NCBI RefSeq assembly: GCF_001194135.2 | Contig: NC_069008.1 | Location: 11,750,141 to 11,814,140, forward strand | Direction of reading: 5' to 3' | DNA length: 64,000 bases | Source: Octopus bimaculoides | Lineage: Eukaryota | The notes under the pieces: model-generated | The model's database searches: none | What the model saw: only the letters and a program-made list of their open reading frames with translations | Told to the model about the DNA's origin: nothing | Program-made: the position numbers and the translations under genes | Shown: positions 51,707 to 64,000 of the stretch, in pieces | How positions within the stretch are numbered: position 1 is the first letter of the stretch | Layout of the letters: every line of letters begins with the position of its first letter

Positions 51707-52720
51707 TTTGTGGTTTTATTTGTTAGAGTAAGTCACGCAACATTTTACTTCCGTTTCCGTTAATAGTCTACGCAGGATGTTTGATATGATCGAGTCCTTG
51801 TTTATTATATCAGTAAACATTAAGACATATAACATTATTAGGTAATTTCCAATTTGACGATCGTAAAATTGAATTTGTTTTACTTTCAATTTCATTTCTA
51901 TTAGCATGTCTTCTAGACGCCTTCCTGCTCCTCGTTACAGTGTGAATTTCAACGAAATATTTGCAGATAATCAATAAAAGGCGTACAATTACGACACTAG
52001 TTCGATCTTTCTCAGATTCAGCGACTTGTATTGCTTAATGCCCGTCGTGGATTGTTGACGAATTCTCACATATGCCCAGATCGAACCTCTATTCAAAGTA
52101 AGACAAACATTTTCTTCACTTTTTACTCGCTGATCGTAGAGTGTACCACTTATAATTTTATGAAATCTAACGAAAGAATGCCAATGTTTTATTGAAATAA
52201 ACTTTTTCAATCACTATGATTTTACGAACGTCAAATAAGAAATTACCCATTATCATACTATTTCGTTAAAGTAGGTGAAAACCATTTGATGTTACTGCTC
52301 AGAGGTCGATATTAATTCTGTTGTCCAGCACTGATTGAAATCGGTAATGACAATATATTTATTATCCTAAACATTTCGCTAAATTACCATACCTACACTT
52401 TCTTTTAATGAATTTCTGATAATAGAATGGTAAACATTTCAAGGTGTTTCACCCTCAAAACTTATTGAATGCTATTTATCTATTTTATTATATTAATATA
52501 GACTAAGTGTCACTCCAAATCCCTGTTCTCTCATCACACACGGCTATTTGACATTCTATATGTCCACAACGAGTGAATTATAGTTAGTACAAGAGTTATA
52601 TAAGAATACATTTAAGAAATAACTAAAATAAAACCAAATACACCAATACAATGATCGTTAGAATAAGCTGGCAATCCTGTCGAATTGAGTCAGAAATTAT
52701 CTACCAAAGCTCGTAATTTC
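51707..52720 (+). promoter_or_regulatory. Promoter/first-intron module P3 (upstream of ZNF-F)
   Basis: tttgtggttttatttgttagag.aagtcacgcaacattttacttccgtttccg; the block at 52260-52720 aligns with 40500-40990. Confidence 0.6.
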
Positions 52721-52726
52721 TTTTCA

Positions 52727-53058
52727 TACTCATTTACACGTTTCAGTCATTTGACTGCGGCCTGCGGGAGCACCGCCTTTAGTCGAACAAATCGACCCCA
52801 GGACTTATTCTATCGATCTCTTTTACCGAACTGCTATGATACGGGGACGTAAACACACCGACATCAGTTGTCAAGCGATAGTGGGGGAACAAACACAGAC
52901 ACACACACACATATATATATATGTGTACGAGGGGCTTCTTTCAGTTTCCGTCTACCATATCCACTTAAGGTTTTGGTCGGCCCGAGGTGCCATGTAGTGA
53001 AACTGAACCCGGAACCTTGTGGTTGGTAAGCAAGCTACTTACCACACCGCCACTCCTG
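52727..53058 (-). mobile_element. SINE family B, near full-length
   Basis: Reverse complement of head caggagtggcggtgtggtaagtagcttgc through the tail. Confidence 0.85.
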
Positions 53059-55703
53059 TAAGTTTTAAACATTTGGAATTAGATTATGCTTTACAGAACT
53101 ACTTTTTGAATTTTTTTTATTTGTTTGCTCCCATTCCATCTCTATTCTGTAAGTTTTCATTTTCTATAACTTTTGTTCTTCATAGTTTTTCGAAATTCTT
53201 TTCAGAGGTACATTTCTTTTAATTTTTCATGTTACATTTAGGAAAAATAAATTTTTCACAAATTTAGACATACCTACACAAGTGTGATTGCCCCGCCCCC
53301 AACCTTGTTACATCATAACTGCCAGAAAAATGGATATTTTTCAATGAAATTTTCTTCAAATATACTTCAGATAGTGTAGATAACGGTCATATCAGAATTT
53401 CATGCAAAAAATAAAATTGATGGGCAATTGTGATGTACGCACATCACAATTTTTTTTAGAAACAGAAAGTTTCATTCTGTAGATAGATATATCTGATGTA
53501 TGTCAATATGTATGTGTGCGAGCCTACTATTTTTTAATCTTAGATTCCAATATAACACTAATGTATACCATCTGAAAGTTATTTGTAGAAAATTTTGTTA
53601 ACAAAAACAATATTCATTTTCCTGTTTAGATAAGGCCTAATTTAATTATTTGGAGTCCCGTTTCGATTTTTATTTTTTTGTTAAAAGTGTTGTTAGTGGC
53701 AGAATCCAACATTATATTAAATTAATGGATAACAATTGATATTGATAGTTGACTAGGAACATCAAAACATGTTTAATTAATAGTGTTAACCAAATCTGCA
53801 ATTTACTTTCATCATCATTTAATGTCTGATTTCTGCTATGCTGGCATAGTTTGGACAGGGCTCTAGTCGTCTGTTTTGACATTGTTTCTATGGCTAGATC
53901 CCCTTCTTTATGCCAACCACTTTGGAGAGTGTATTGGGTGCTTCTATGTGGCACCAGCACCCATGAGCCCACAAGATTAGGAACGTTCAGCTGAAGAGGG
54001 AAGCAGGGGACATGCACATATACAAGGACAACCTCGATTTTACTTAGTTTGATGTGTCTTTTCAAGCACAGCAAAGTGTCAGGAGTCTCAATCCTCTGTC
54101 ATCCCCTCTGTCATTGAAGCCTTTCTTTACTAATAGAGGTAGTAGCTCTCATTTAGCAGTTAAACTGGGGTTTTCAAAATAACAGATCCATATTTCAGTT
54201 TGGAAGTATTATGCTATACACAAAAGCTTGAATGTAGTGTTGTTGGTGGTGGTGGTGGTGGATGTAATGATGGTGTTAGTAGGTGTGGTGGTGATGGTAG
54301 TAAATGGCGAAGGTGCGTGCATCGTATTACTATTACTCATTTCCAATGTAGTCATATCTTCACTTTCAGATAACCATTGTATCCTCAAAGAAGTCACATA
54401 ATTATACTATTTACACACTACACTGGGACGGACATGTCCTCTCCTGCTAGATCATCCTATCAGGGTTTTACTCTCATTTGATGCAGCAGCTGCAAGCTGG
54501 GAGAGACCGCATGGCAGGACATGACTGGGGAAGATCTCCAGAGGCTCAACATCACGTTGGAGAATGCAGAGGGGCTGGTATGGAACTGTCAGTGATGGAA
54601 AGCACTAGCGGACCTGGTCAGATTTTTACAGCTGGATGCCCTTCCAAATGTCAACCACTCCAGTGTGGACTGGATGCTTTTAACGTGATATCAGCACTGG
54701 CAGGGTGACCAAGTAACTTGCAAGACAATTTAAGAATATTGTATTTTCTGTGTAAATTATATAAATGTTTGAAAAATTTTTGAGCAGGATTAAAATATTT
54801 AAAGAATTTGGAGAAATATGCTATTCCTGGGAGACCATTACCATGGTGGCAGTGTGGATCCAATTATTCCTTCTAATGAAGTGCTTATATCTAAGCAAAA
54901 TCAGTAACTGTATGACACTATCTTTTCTATATATTGCGACCTGAAATAGACTACTGCCATGTCTGGCAGATGAGTGCCCATCACTGAGGATGGTCCAATA
55001 ATATCAAATTCACTTGGTCTGGTGGGCTTGGAGTTAGGATGTTAGTGAGTTCTCTCCCTGCTTGCAATATATATCAAGTACGAGGTGCACTGAATAACCA
55101 GCTGGAGGAGGAGTCCTGGGGTTAAAATAACAGTATCATCTGTTCTTAAAGAACACCTGTGCTTAAGTGACAATAAACATTGTTTATATCTGTTACTTTT
55201 TCCTAAATAAAAATGTAGTAAAATTTCCACTCTTGTATCTGTACATTGTAAGTATTCTCAGGATCTTATATTTTTGTTTCTTTTATATTTCAGAATACCA
55301 GAAACAGCAAAGAATTATTCACAGTGAATACAGCATCTATATTTATCATATTTTCAAGACTAAACAAAAATATTACACAGAGCAGATTTATTTCCATTTA
55401 TATAAATGAAAGGTGAACTACAGATGAATATTTTATATAGAACTGTTATTAATAGCTGCATTTGAGTTTTTCTCTGCTTTGAATGTTTATGCATTGATTT
55501 TTACCATCTAATTCCACTTTTCCATTGTATAAAACATATACAAGATCATTTCAGTTAGTAAACTTGGAAGAACTTTCAAAGGGGTTTGCAGCTTCTCCAG
55601 ATATCGACAAATATAACACTTGGTGGAAATATAGTAGTAGTAGTATTTGCTAAGAATAAAGCAAGACAAATCAAGCGTATATGGGGATAATAAAAGAAAA
55701 ATT

Positions 55704-56630
55704 ATGGAAGTTGAGTTATGCGAGAAGAAAGTTAAATGTGTGACAAACTCTAAAATCATTGATGTTGTTGATGATCTAAAGCCATATCACTGTGGTATCT
55801 GTGGTAAATCATGTTCTGATGAAGGTTGTTTCATTAAACACAAGCGTATTCATACAAGAGAAAGACCATATCAGTGTAATATATGTGGTGAATCATTTTC
55901 AAATAGACTTCATTTAACTCCTCACCAATATATTCATACGGGAGAGAAACCATATCACTGTAATATCTGTGGTATGTCATTCTCTCGAAATGGTAACTTA
56001 ACAACTCACAAACGCTTTCATACAGTAGCAAAACCATATCAGTGTGATATCTGTGGTAGATCGTTCACTCAGGCACAATCTGTAACTGCTCACAAACGCA
56101 TTCATACAGGAGAGAAGCCATATCACTGTGATATCTGTAGAAAGCCATTCTCTCAAAGTAGTACCTTAAGTCAGCACAAACGTATTCATACAGGAGAAAA
56201 GCCATATTGCTGTGATATCTGTGGTAAGTCATTCTCTCAAAATTGTGATTTAATTAGACACAAACGTACTCATACTGGAGAAAAGCCATTTCATTGTGAT
56301 ATCTGTGGTATGTCATTTTCTGATGGTAGCCATTTAAGTAAACACAAGAAAATCCATACAGGCGAAAAACCATACCAATGTACCATCTGTGGTAAATCAT
56401 TCTCTCGTGTAGATGCTCTAACAATTCACAAACGGGTTCATACAGGGGAGAACCCTTATCCTTGTGATGTTTGTAGTAAGTCTTTCTCTAACCGCAGTAA
56501 CTTAAATAAACATGTGTACATTCATATTGGAGAGAAGACATATCTCTGTGATCACTGTGGGGAGTCATTCTCTCAAAGTTGTGATTTAAGGAGGCACAAA
56601 TGTGCCCATACAGGAGACACCCATATGTAA
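55704..56630 (+). CDS. C2H2 zinc-finger protein F (308 aa from ATG; 10 fingers)
   Basis: ATG at 55704 ([20 protein letters not shown]) is homologous to the starts of C and D; acceptor AG at 55292-55293. Confidence 0.92.
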   Translation: MEVELCEKKVKCVTNSKIIDVVDDLKPYHCGICGKSCSDEGCFIKHKRIHTRERPYQCNICGESFSNRLHLTPHQYIHTGEKPYHCNICGMSFSRNGNLTTHKRFHTVAKPYQCDICGRSFTQAQSVTAHKRIHTGEKPYHCDICRKPFSQSSTLSQHKRIHTGEKPYCCDICGKSFSQNCDLIRHKRTHTGEKPFHCDICGMSFSDGSHLSKHKKIHTGEKPYQCTICGKSFSRVDALTIHKRVHTGENPYPCDVCSKSFSNRSNLNKHVYIHIGEKTYLCDHCGESFSQSCDLRRHKCAHTGDTHM

Positions 56631-56675
56631 ATCATTCTACAAAAGGTGACTTAATTACTCACCAACAGTAATTAA

Positions 56676-56890
56676 CCCTTTAGCATTCAGATTTCTTTGT
56701 CAAGTGCATTGCTTATTTATTCACATTGTTTTAAAGTAATCGTGCATTATTTTGTTGCTTCAACATTTCAATGGTGTGTTTGCATGTTTTTAGAATGACA
56801 TTGTAGGGTAGGTGTGAGAGGTTGGGTCAATTTTAACATAAAACAGGCAGATTATTTGGCCTGGACATAACTGGATTAAATACTAAAGGG
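56676..56890. mobile_element. piggyBac-type MITE
   Basis: TTAA at 56672-75 and 56891-94; TIR ccctttag / ctaaaggg. Confidence 0.8.
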
Positions 56891-56894
56891 TTAA

Positions 56895-57420
56895 GTCATC
56901 TTTTACAGATATCAACAAATATCACACTTGATGGAAATATAGTTCTAGAAATATTTGCTAACAATACGATAAAACCAAATCCTCTGTATATGGTGGAAAT
57001 AAAAGAAAAATTATGGAAATTGAGAAGAAGATAAATGTGAAACAAACTCTAAAATCATTGATTTTATTGATGATTTTTAAAGCCATATCATTGTGATATG
57101 TGTGGTAAATTACTCTCTTAGAATGGGTCATGTAGTTATCTACAAATGCATTCGTGCAGGGGAGGATCATAGCAGTGCAACATCTGTAGTAAATCATTCT
57201 CTCATGGATATGCTTTAACATATCACAAACACATTCATACAAGAGAGAAACTGTATTACTGTCACATTCTCTGAAAAAAGTCCCTTAACTGATTGTATTG
57301 TTATTCATCCAGATCAGTTACTATATCAAAATATAGAGGGCATAGTACATACGGTGCAACAAGCACTGTATGTATAATCCTGTTTCATTTATTTTTTTTT
57401 TACCCCATAATGTTCTTATA
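56895..57420 (+). pseudogene. Partial tandem duplicate F' (5'UTR end, start region, 2-3 decayed fingers, 3'UTR)
   Basis: agatatcaacaaatatcacactt..aaaattatggaaattgag..ctctaaaatcattgat aligns to 55600-55790; frameshifted. Confidence 0.8.
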
Positions 57421-57638
57421 TTTTGTTGAGTAAATTCTTTCCTGATATTTGTTGGTCTAACTAATAACTTTATAAAGGCATGTGGCTTAAGGCTAGAGTA
57501 TTCAGCTCATGAGTTAGATTCCAGGTGGCAAGTTGTGTCCTTGAGCAAGACACTTCATTTCATGTTGCTCCAGTCCACTCAGCCGGCAAAAATGAGTTGT
57601 ACTTGTGTAATGCTGAATCTCCTTGAGAACCACATTAA

Positions 57639-57902
57639 CCCTTTTGAGACATACAGTATTTTTTATGTGTAGCCAAAAACTGAAATTTTTTTCTGTTGAG
57701 ATTGAAATTGATGGGTGTATATAGAAAACAAAGGCTAAAGTGCCTATAACTACTTTATTAATATGTAAAACTATATATATATTATATAGTTTTAGATTAA
57801 ATCTACTGAAGGATGATCTCTAGCTATTACATTTTAAAACCTCAAAGTCCTTTCAGTTTGTATCACCCGTGCCGATCATTTGGCCTGGGTGTCACAAGAG
57901 GG
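57639..57902. mobile_element. piggyBac-type MITE nested in a SINE
   Basis: TTAA TSD at 57635-38 and 57903-06 splits gagaaccacattaa|gggtaagcatg of a SINE. Confidence 0.8.
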
Positions 57903-58129
57903 TTAAGGGTAAGCATGTTTGTGGAGTTCTCAGCCACTTGAATGTTAATTTCACAAGCAGGTTGTTCCATTGATTGGATCAACCAGACACATCATCATCA
58001 TCGTAACCAACAGAATGCCTGCTTACTTAATGATTTTATCATTATTAGTGATCTCTCATTGGGGCAGTGTAGAAATTTTTTAAAACTCCCTTCAAGAGTA
58101 CCTTAAATGCGAAAGAATACAACTGCATT

Positions 58130-58245
58130 CATACATGAGAGAAGCCATGTAACATCCATGGTAAAATGTTCACACATGGATGTGCCTTAACTTGTCACAG
58201 ACACATTCATACAGAAGAGAAACCATATCACTGATATTTTTAGCA
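58130..58245 (+). pseudogene. Decayed finger remnant
   Basis: cacattcatacagaagagaaaccatatcactg ([10 protein letters not shown]). Confidence 0.6.
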
Positions 58246-59494
58246 ACTTTTTGTATCTTGTTTGCAAGATTCTTTATGTGAACTTGTGTGTTGAAGCAAA
58301 TTATGTTGTGTCTGGGGAAAGTCATATTGTCTTAATGCTTTATTATCTAACACACTCACTGGTTCATTTTCCATTCATTATTTATATTTTTTCTTCCAAA
58401 ATTTTCATTGCTTTTGCAACCTTGTCAATGGATGTTGACTCTCTCCAATATAAATAATTGTTGTTGCTGTTGGCACTCCGTCGCTTACGACGACGAGGGT
58501 TCCAGTTGATCCGATCAATGGAACAGCCTGCTCGTGAAATTAATGAGTAAGTGGCTGAGCACTCCATAGACACGTGTACCCTTAACGTAGTTCTTGGGGA
58601 TATTCAGTGTGACAAGGCTGACCCTTTGAATTACAGGCACAACAGAAACAGGAAGTAAGAGTGAGAGAAAGTTGTGGTGAAAGAGTACAGCAGGGTTCNN
58701 NNNNNNNNNNNNNNNNNNNNNNNNNNNNNNNNNNNNNNNNNNNNNNNNNNNNNNNNNNNNNNNNNNNNNNNNNNNNNNNNNNNNNNNNNNNNNNNNNNNN
58801 NNNNNNNNNNNNNNNNNNNNNNNNNNNNNNNNNNNNNNNNNNNNNNNNNNNNNNNNNNNNNNNNNNNNNNNNNNNNNNNNNNNNNNNNNNNNNNNNNNNN
58901 NNNNNNNNNNNNNNNNNNNNNNNNNNNNNNNNNNNNNNNNNNNNNNNNNNNNNNNNNNNNNNNNNNNNNNNNNNNNNNNNNNNNNNNNNNNNNNNNNNNN
59001 NNNNNNNNNNNNNNNNNNNNNNNNNNNNNNNNNNNNNNNNNNNNNNNNNNNNNNNNNNNNNNNNNNNNNNNNNNNNNNNNNNNNNNNNNNNNNNNNNNNN
59101 NNNNNNNNNNNNNNNNNNNNNNNNNNNNNNNNNNNNNNNNNNNNNNNNNNNNNNNNNNNNNNNNNCATGCTCGCATGGGTTGGACGATTTGACTGAGGAC
59201 TGGTGGACCAGGAGGCGACATCAGGCTCCAATCTGATTTGGAGAGTTTCTACAGCTGGATGCCCTTCCTAATGCCAACCACTCTGAGAGTGTAGTGGGTG
59301 CTTTTACGTGCCACTGGCACGAGGGCCAGTCAGGCAGGTACTGGCAACGGCCACGCTCGAAATGGTGTATTTTACGTGCCACCTGCACAGGGCCAGTCCA
59401 GGGGCACTGGCAACGATCTCGCTTGGATGTCTTACTGGCAAAGGCCACGCTCGAAGTGGTGTATTATGTGTCACCTGTACAGGAGCCAGTCCAT

Positions 59495-59660
59495 CGGCAC
59501 TGTAACATTTGTGGTAAAACACTCTCTCATGGATATGCCTTTATCATGTCACAAACACATTCATACAGGAGAGAAACCATATCACTGACATGAGTAGTAA
59601 ATTATTTCCTGGAAAAAGTGCCTTAACTGAACTATATTATGATATAGGGTCGTTATACTG
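59495..59660 (+). pseudogene. Decayed terminal finger followed by the ZNF 3'UTR block (to about 60300)
   Basis: [27 protein letters not shown]; the downstream block 60070-60300 is homologous to the D 3'UTR; AATAAA at 60130. Confidence 0.65.
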
Positions 59661-60984
59661 TACAACATATATGTATGTATGTACTTACATACATTTCTGT
59701 GTATGAGAGAGAGAGAGAGGGAGACAGGGAGAAAGAAAGACTAGACTCGACATACCCTGTTAGGCTGTCTTTTGTTTTACTACTATGTGCAAAATCATCT
59801 TTTAAGATCTGTTATACCCTAAAGTCATTATATATCAAATCTTATTATACATCACAGTCCATTATGTTTCAAATCTTATATATCAATCTCGTTATGTCTT
59901 CAGTCTTACTATATATATATCAAAGACCATTATATATTAAGCCTCATTTTTTATTTGATGTCTGATTAGGTAACAAGGTTGCTTGTATCAAGTTTTATTT
60001 TTCCTGAGTTTTTTTAAGATATAAATTTGACCTGATTTCTAACAGTATTATGTATTGCTGTTGTTGTTGTTGTATGACCCTATATTTTTAAAACTTTTTT
60101 TGACCCTGTCAATTTTCAATATTTTGTTCAATAAATTCTTTCCTTTAATTCATTGGTATTTCTGCATTCCTGATCTTTCATTGGGTAGTCTAGAAATTTT
60201 TTTTAAATGTCCATTAAGTGCACCCTATAGAAGAAAGAATCAATATTTATGTTGATGTTGATACGCTGAGAGGGAGAGATTCAACACCTTTTTCTTTCTG
60301 TTCTTGCTTTACAACCACGTGGTTTGGGGTTCAGCCCTACTGTGTGGCACCATCTGCAAATGTCTTCTATAACCTTGGACAGACTAATGCTTTGTGAGAA
60401 AATTTGATAGCTGGAAACTGTGTGGAAGCCTGTTGTGTGTATATAGATATATGTATGTGTCTTTGTGCTTGTATTTGTCTCCTGCCAGCCCTACCATTTG
60501 CTGATTGGTGTTAGTTTGTTTATGTTTCTCTAACTTTGTGGTTTGGGGATAGGGACCAGTAGAATATGTACCAGACTTAATATGTATATATGTAATTTGG
60601 TTGATTTTCTTTGTAACCTTCACAGCTGTGCCTAAGCACGGCTGCACTGCAGTCACCAAAATGTAAACAATGGCTGTAGTCTAATGACTGTAGAATGGCT
60701 GTAGTCTAATGACTGAATCAAGTAAAAGATATATATATATATATATATATTTTATATAAATAAGGATAAGATCGGTATTTAAAATATTGATCTTATCAAG
60801 TGGTCAGCATGGGAATAAAAACCATCAAAGGTAATAATTATTTAAAATTATAATACAGGGTATCAAGAGATACCACCACGCTGAAAAAATAGCAGTCAAA
60901 TCCTGACTCCAAAACCACAATAAATGTCCGCAAGGCACGATTAGCGAAGACGAAGACCAAATAAACCAGTAAAATAATAAGATA

Positions 60985-61040
60985 ATTTCAAATCCTGGAT
61001 TTCTGGCTTTGCATAAATGCTCTGCCTTCATCAGTGAAAT
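60985..61040 (-). ncRNA. Type I hammerhead ribozyme motif (A/A variant, palindromic stem III)
   Basis: AUUUCA-CUGAUGA-A-GGC(aga GCAU uu AUGC aaa)GCC-A-GAAA-UCC-A-GGA-U-U-UGAAAU; stem I 6 bp perfect; lies in a ~480-bp segment bounded by (TA)n. Confidence 0.68.
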
Positions 61041-61239
61041 ATACTCAAGTACATAAATACAAATACATGTATATAAACAGTATACTTACATATACGGATG
61101 TATACATACATATATATGTACGTATGTACACGACTAGCTTAAATAGCCCGCCTAAACAACTTCTCGTGCGATCCCGGACAGGATATCAGCGCAGTAAATA
61201 CACTGACAAAACTAATTTATATATATATATATATAAATT

Positions 61240-61975
61240 TGCCAATGTTCTGTGTTGTGAAGACCAAAATCTTGAAGTGTTTCGTGTTAAAAGATTGTGT
61301 GTGAGAGAGTATCGTGATGTTGTGGGAGAGAAATGTGTCCGCATGGATGATGGCTCACTTGCATTTAATGAGGCTGCAAAGAGAGATGCCACTATGAAAG
61401 ATTGCTAAATGAAGAAAATGAATGGGAGAAAGAGAGTGTACAGAATGTCAACTCGAAAGAGGGACCAGCTATCCAAATTGACGGTACTTTGTTATCCAAT
61501 GACTGATGTAGCAGCACCATAGTCAACTGTTACAAAGGTAAAGGTGATGCTGTAGATACAAATAATTATAGCGGTATCAAGTTGTTAGATCAGGTAATGA
61601 AAGTCACGGAGAGTGTCATAGCCCAACTAATTAGGGAAAGAGTCAGTTTACATGAGATGCAGTTTGGGTTCATGCCAGGTAAAAGCACCACTGATGCTAT
61701 ATTTCTGGTAAGGCAGCTGCAGGAGAAATACCTAGCCAAGGATAAACCTCTGTACCTGGCTTTCGTTGACATGGAGNNNNNNNNNNACTGATGCTATATT
61801 TCTGGTAAGGCAGCTGCAGGAGAAATACCTAGCCAAGGATAAACCTCTGTACCTGGCTTTCGTTGACATGGAGAAAGCCTTTGACAGGGTCCCTTGATCC
61901 CTTATCTGGTAGTCAATGCGGAAACTAGGGATAGATGAGTGGTTAGTGAGAGCTGTGCGAGCCATGTACAGGGAC
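61240..61975 (+). mobile_element. RTE-clade LINE reverse-transcriptase fragment
   Basis: YSGIKLLDQVMKV...QFGFMPGKSTTDAIFLVRQLQEK..LAFVDMEKAFDRVP..LGIDEWLV..MY. Confidence 0.9.
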
Positions 61976-62514
61976 AATAAATTCGGTGGGGTATTAAACT
62001 GTAGTTATGCCTCTTTCCAATAAAAGTTAACGTGGCTGTGTGGTAAGTAGCTTGCTTACCAACCACATGGTTCCAGGTTCAGTTTATGTCCCCGTAACTT
62101 ACCGGTTCGGCAAAACAGACCGATAGAATAAGTACTAGGCTTACAAAGAATAAGTCCTGAGGTCGATTTGATAGACTAAAGGCGGTGCTCCAGCATGACC
62201 GCAGTCAAATGACTGAAACAAGTAAAGGAGAGTTAACTTCCGTTGCATCTTCAAAGAATTAGCGGGTTAAAGAAGTTAAAGGTGCCCACCTCTGTCTATC
62301 TATCTATCTATCTGTGTATATATATATATATATATTAGAGAGAGAGAAGGTTGTTAAGCCCGGTCAAGGAGACCATTGGTTTGGCACCTCTGACCAGCCA
62401 TAACAATTAATCTTCTATACATATATTACTGCTGTAACGTTTTGAAATGTGCTTTATTTTCAGATATATGGACTTCTTTTACGGATATATATGTGTGTGT
62501 GTAAAAAACATAAA

Positions 62515-62700
62515 GGGATTACCTTAGGTTTCCCGTCCATAAAGGGTTTAGCTTTATGGCGTGACGTCAGATCCCAAAACCTGTTGGCCTCTTAAAAACA
62601 TTAATGATACTCTTAAGAGGCCTTGGGTCAACAGGTTTTGGGATCTGACGATACGCCATAATACTAAACCCTTTATGGACGGGAAACCTAAGGTAATCCC
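62515..62700. mobile_element. 186-bp foldback element (MITE-like), possible 5-bp TSD ataaa
   Basis: Long near-perfect inverted arms starting gggattaccttaggtttcccgtccataaagggtttag; ataaa lies directly on both sides. Confidence 0.75.
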
Positions 62701-62971
62701 ATAAACCGGCCTTCCTCATTTCTAAAATAAATATAAAGAGAGAGATAAAAACAGGCTTGATGCAAACATATTTACATGAAGCACAAAAATGATACAGACT
62801 ACGAAATGAAATATGTAATTTCAAAACACNNNNNNNNNNNNNNNNNNNNNNNNNNNNNNNNNNNNNNNNNNNNNNNNNNNNNNNNNNNNNNNNNNNNNNN
62901 NNNNNNNNNNNNNNNNNNNNNNNAGCGTATATATACACATATAAATTAAGTCCCATCCTCTCTTGTTTTAT

Positions 62972-63360
62972 AGTGTGAGGCTTTGTGGTTTTATTTGTCA
63001 GAGAGCGAAAGTCACATGACATTTTACTTCCGCTTTGTTTACTTCCGTTTTGTTGATTGTTTGAATGAAAGATTTTCCTCGTTTCATTTGCGACCGTCTC
63101 AAAATGCTTTCTGCAATAAATAAATAAATGAGTGGAAATTGAACCGGTGAATGAAAGATATTGACGCTGTAAATATTAGTTTCTGTACCAATAAAAGGTG
63201 AGATATATCGTACATATTATTTAGTACAAGTTGGTAAACATCACTAAGTGAACATTTTTTTAATGCTGTTGATCAGAGATCGGTATTAACTCCATTGTCC
63301 GGCAGTGATTGCGTGGAATTTATAATTATCCAGATCTACTTATTTATTATTCTATACCAG
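62972..63360 (+). promoter_or_regulatory. Promoter/first-exon module P4 (gene predicted beyond the window)
   Basis: agtgtgaggctttgtggtttt..aagtcacatgacattttacttccg, a second acttccg, donor aaaag|gtgaga near 63197, and the conserved intron block. Confidence 0.6.
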
Positions 63361-64000
63361 TGTTTTTAAACCATTTGTTTTTACTTATGGACCTTTTGGA
63401 TTCCTATTTTACTCGGATGGATCCCCTCCCCGTCATATTCGATGTTTACAAAATTCTTTTGTGTTTTTATAATTAAATATTATTAGGAATTGTGTTGAAA
63501 AGTTAAGATATTTAGTATATTGTAGAAGTATAACCATTTGCTCGTAAATTTGGACCACAGAATCTTATACGGACTCCGGTTGAGATTTCTATACAATCAC
63601 CAAAATACTGTCTATGATTGTATAGGAATCTAATATAATAAAGCTGAATCTGTAGAATAGTAAAAAAAAAAAAGGCACTATCATGCTATTAGCTGTCAGA
63701 AGTGAAAGTGCTCACTGCTAGTGACGTATCTGTCTGTCTGCCTGCATGCCTGTTGCTGGCCTGTCGATTCTTTGGCTACTGACAGCTAATACCATGACTG
63801 GCCGGAGCGAGCTGTTGGCTTACTTACTTACTGATATCTATCTACTATCTATCAATCACTCGTCCACCTTATTAGAAAACACAAATTTAATATAAAAACA
63901 TATTTCCTGAAATTGCAAATTATTTAAAATATAAAAATATAATTTTCAACAGAGAGAATTTATCAAAATAGAAAACAAATGAAGTTTGAAGTTTAAAAAT

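Noticed and set aside
60668-60718. 22-bp tandem duplication aatggctgtagtctaatgactg
   Set aside because: Local slippage within a SINE-B tail; no wider array, not CRISPR-like.
61690-61873. 87-bp direct duplication within the RT fragment
   Set aside because: 61690-61776 is identical to 61787-61873 on either side of a 10-N gap; typical unmerged contig overlap.

Overview
AT-rich, repeat-dense animal genomic DNA with 7 N-gaps. The repeat families and the [10 protein letters not shown]-type finger arrays look like a coleoid cephalopod (octopus-like) C2H2 zinc-finger cluster; this assignment is inferred from pattern recognition only. There are five intact single-exon C2H2 ORFs: A 12855-13886 (-), B 21079-22653 (+), C 33436-34791 (+), D 41827-42909 (+) and F 55704-56630 (+). 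Several finger pseudogenes and decayed tails accompany them. A and B form an inverted head-to-head pair with paralogous promoters. C, D, F and a presumed gene beyond the right edge form a tandem array sharing promoter, 5'UTR-exon and 3'UTR modules. The intergenic space holds tRNA-derived SINEs, RTE, HERO/NeSL-like and CR1-like LINE remnants, mariner relics and MITEs. Two observations stand out. First, hammerhead-ribozyme motifs occur at four loci; three have unrelated stems but share an unusual core, CUGAYGA-A-stemII-A-GAAA, and the fourth lies in a tRNA-headed Penelope-like unit. Second, an ORF1-only (half-LINE) retroposon with a zinc knuckle is inserted inside a SINE and shares its 3' tail with a sibling SINE subfamily.
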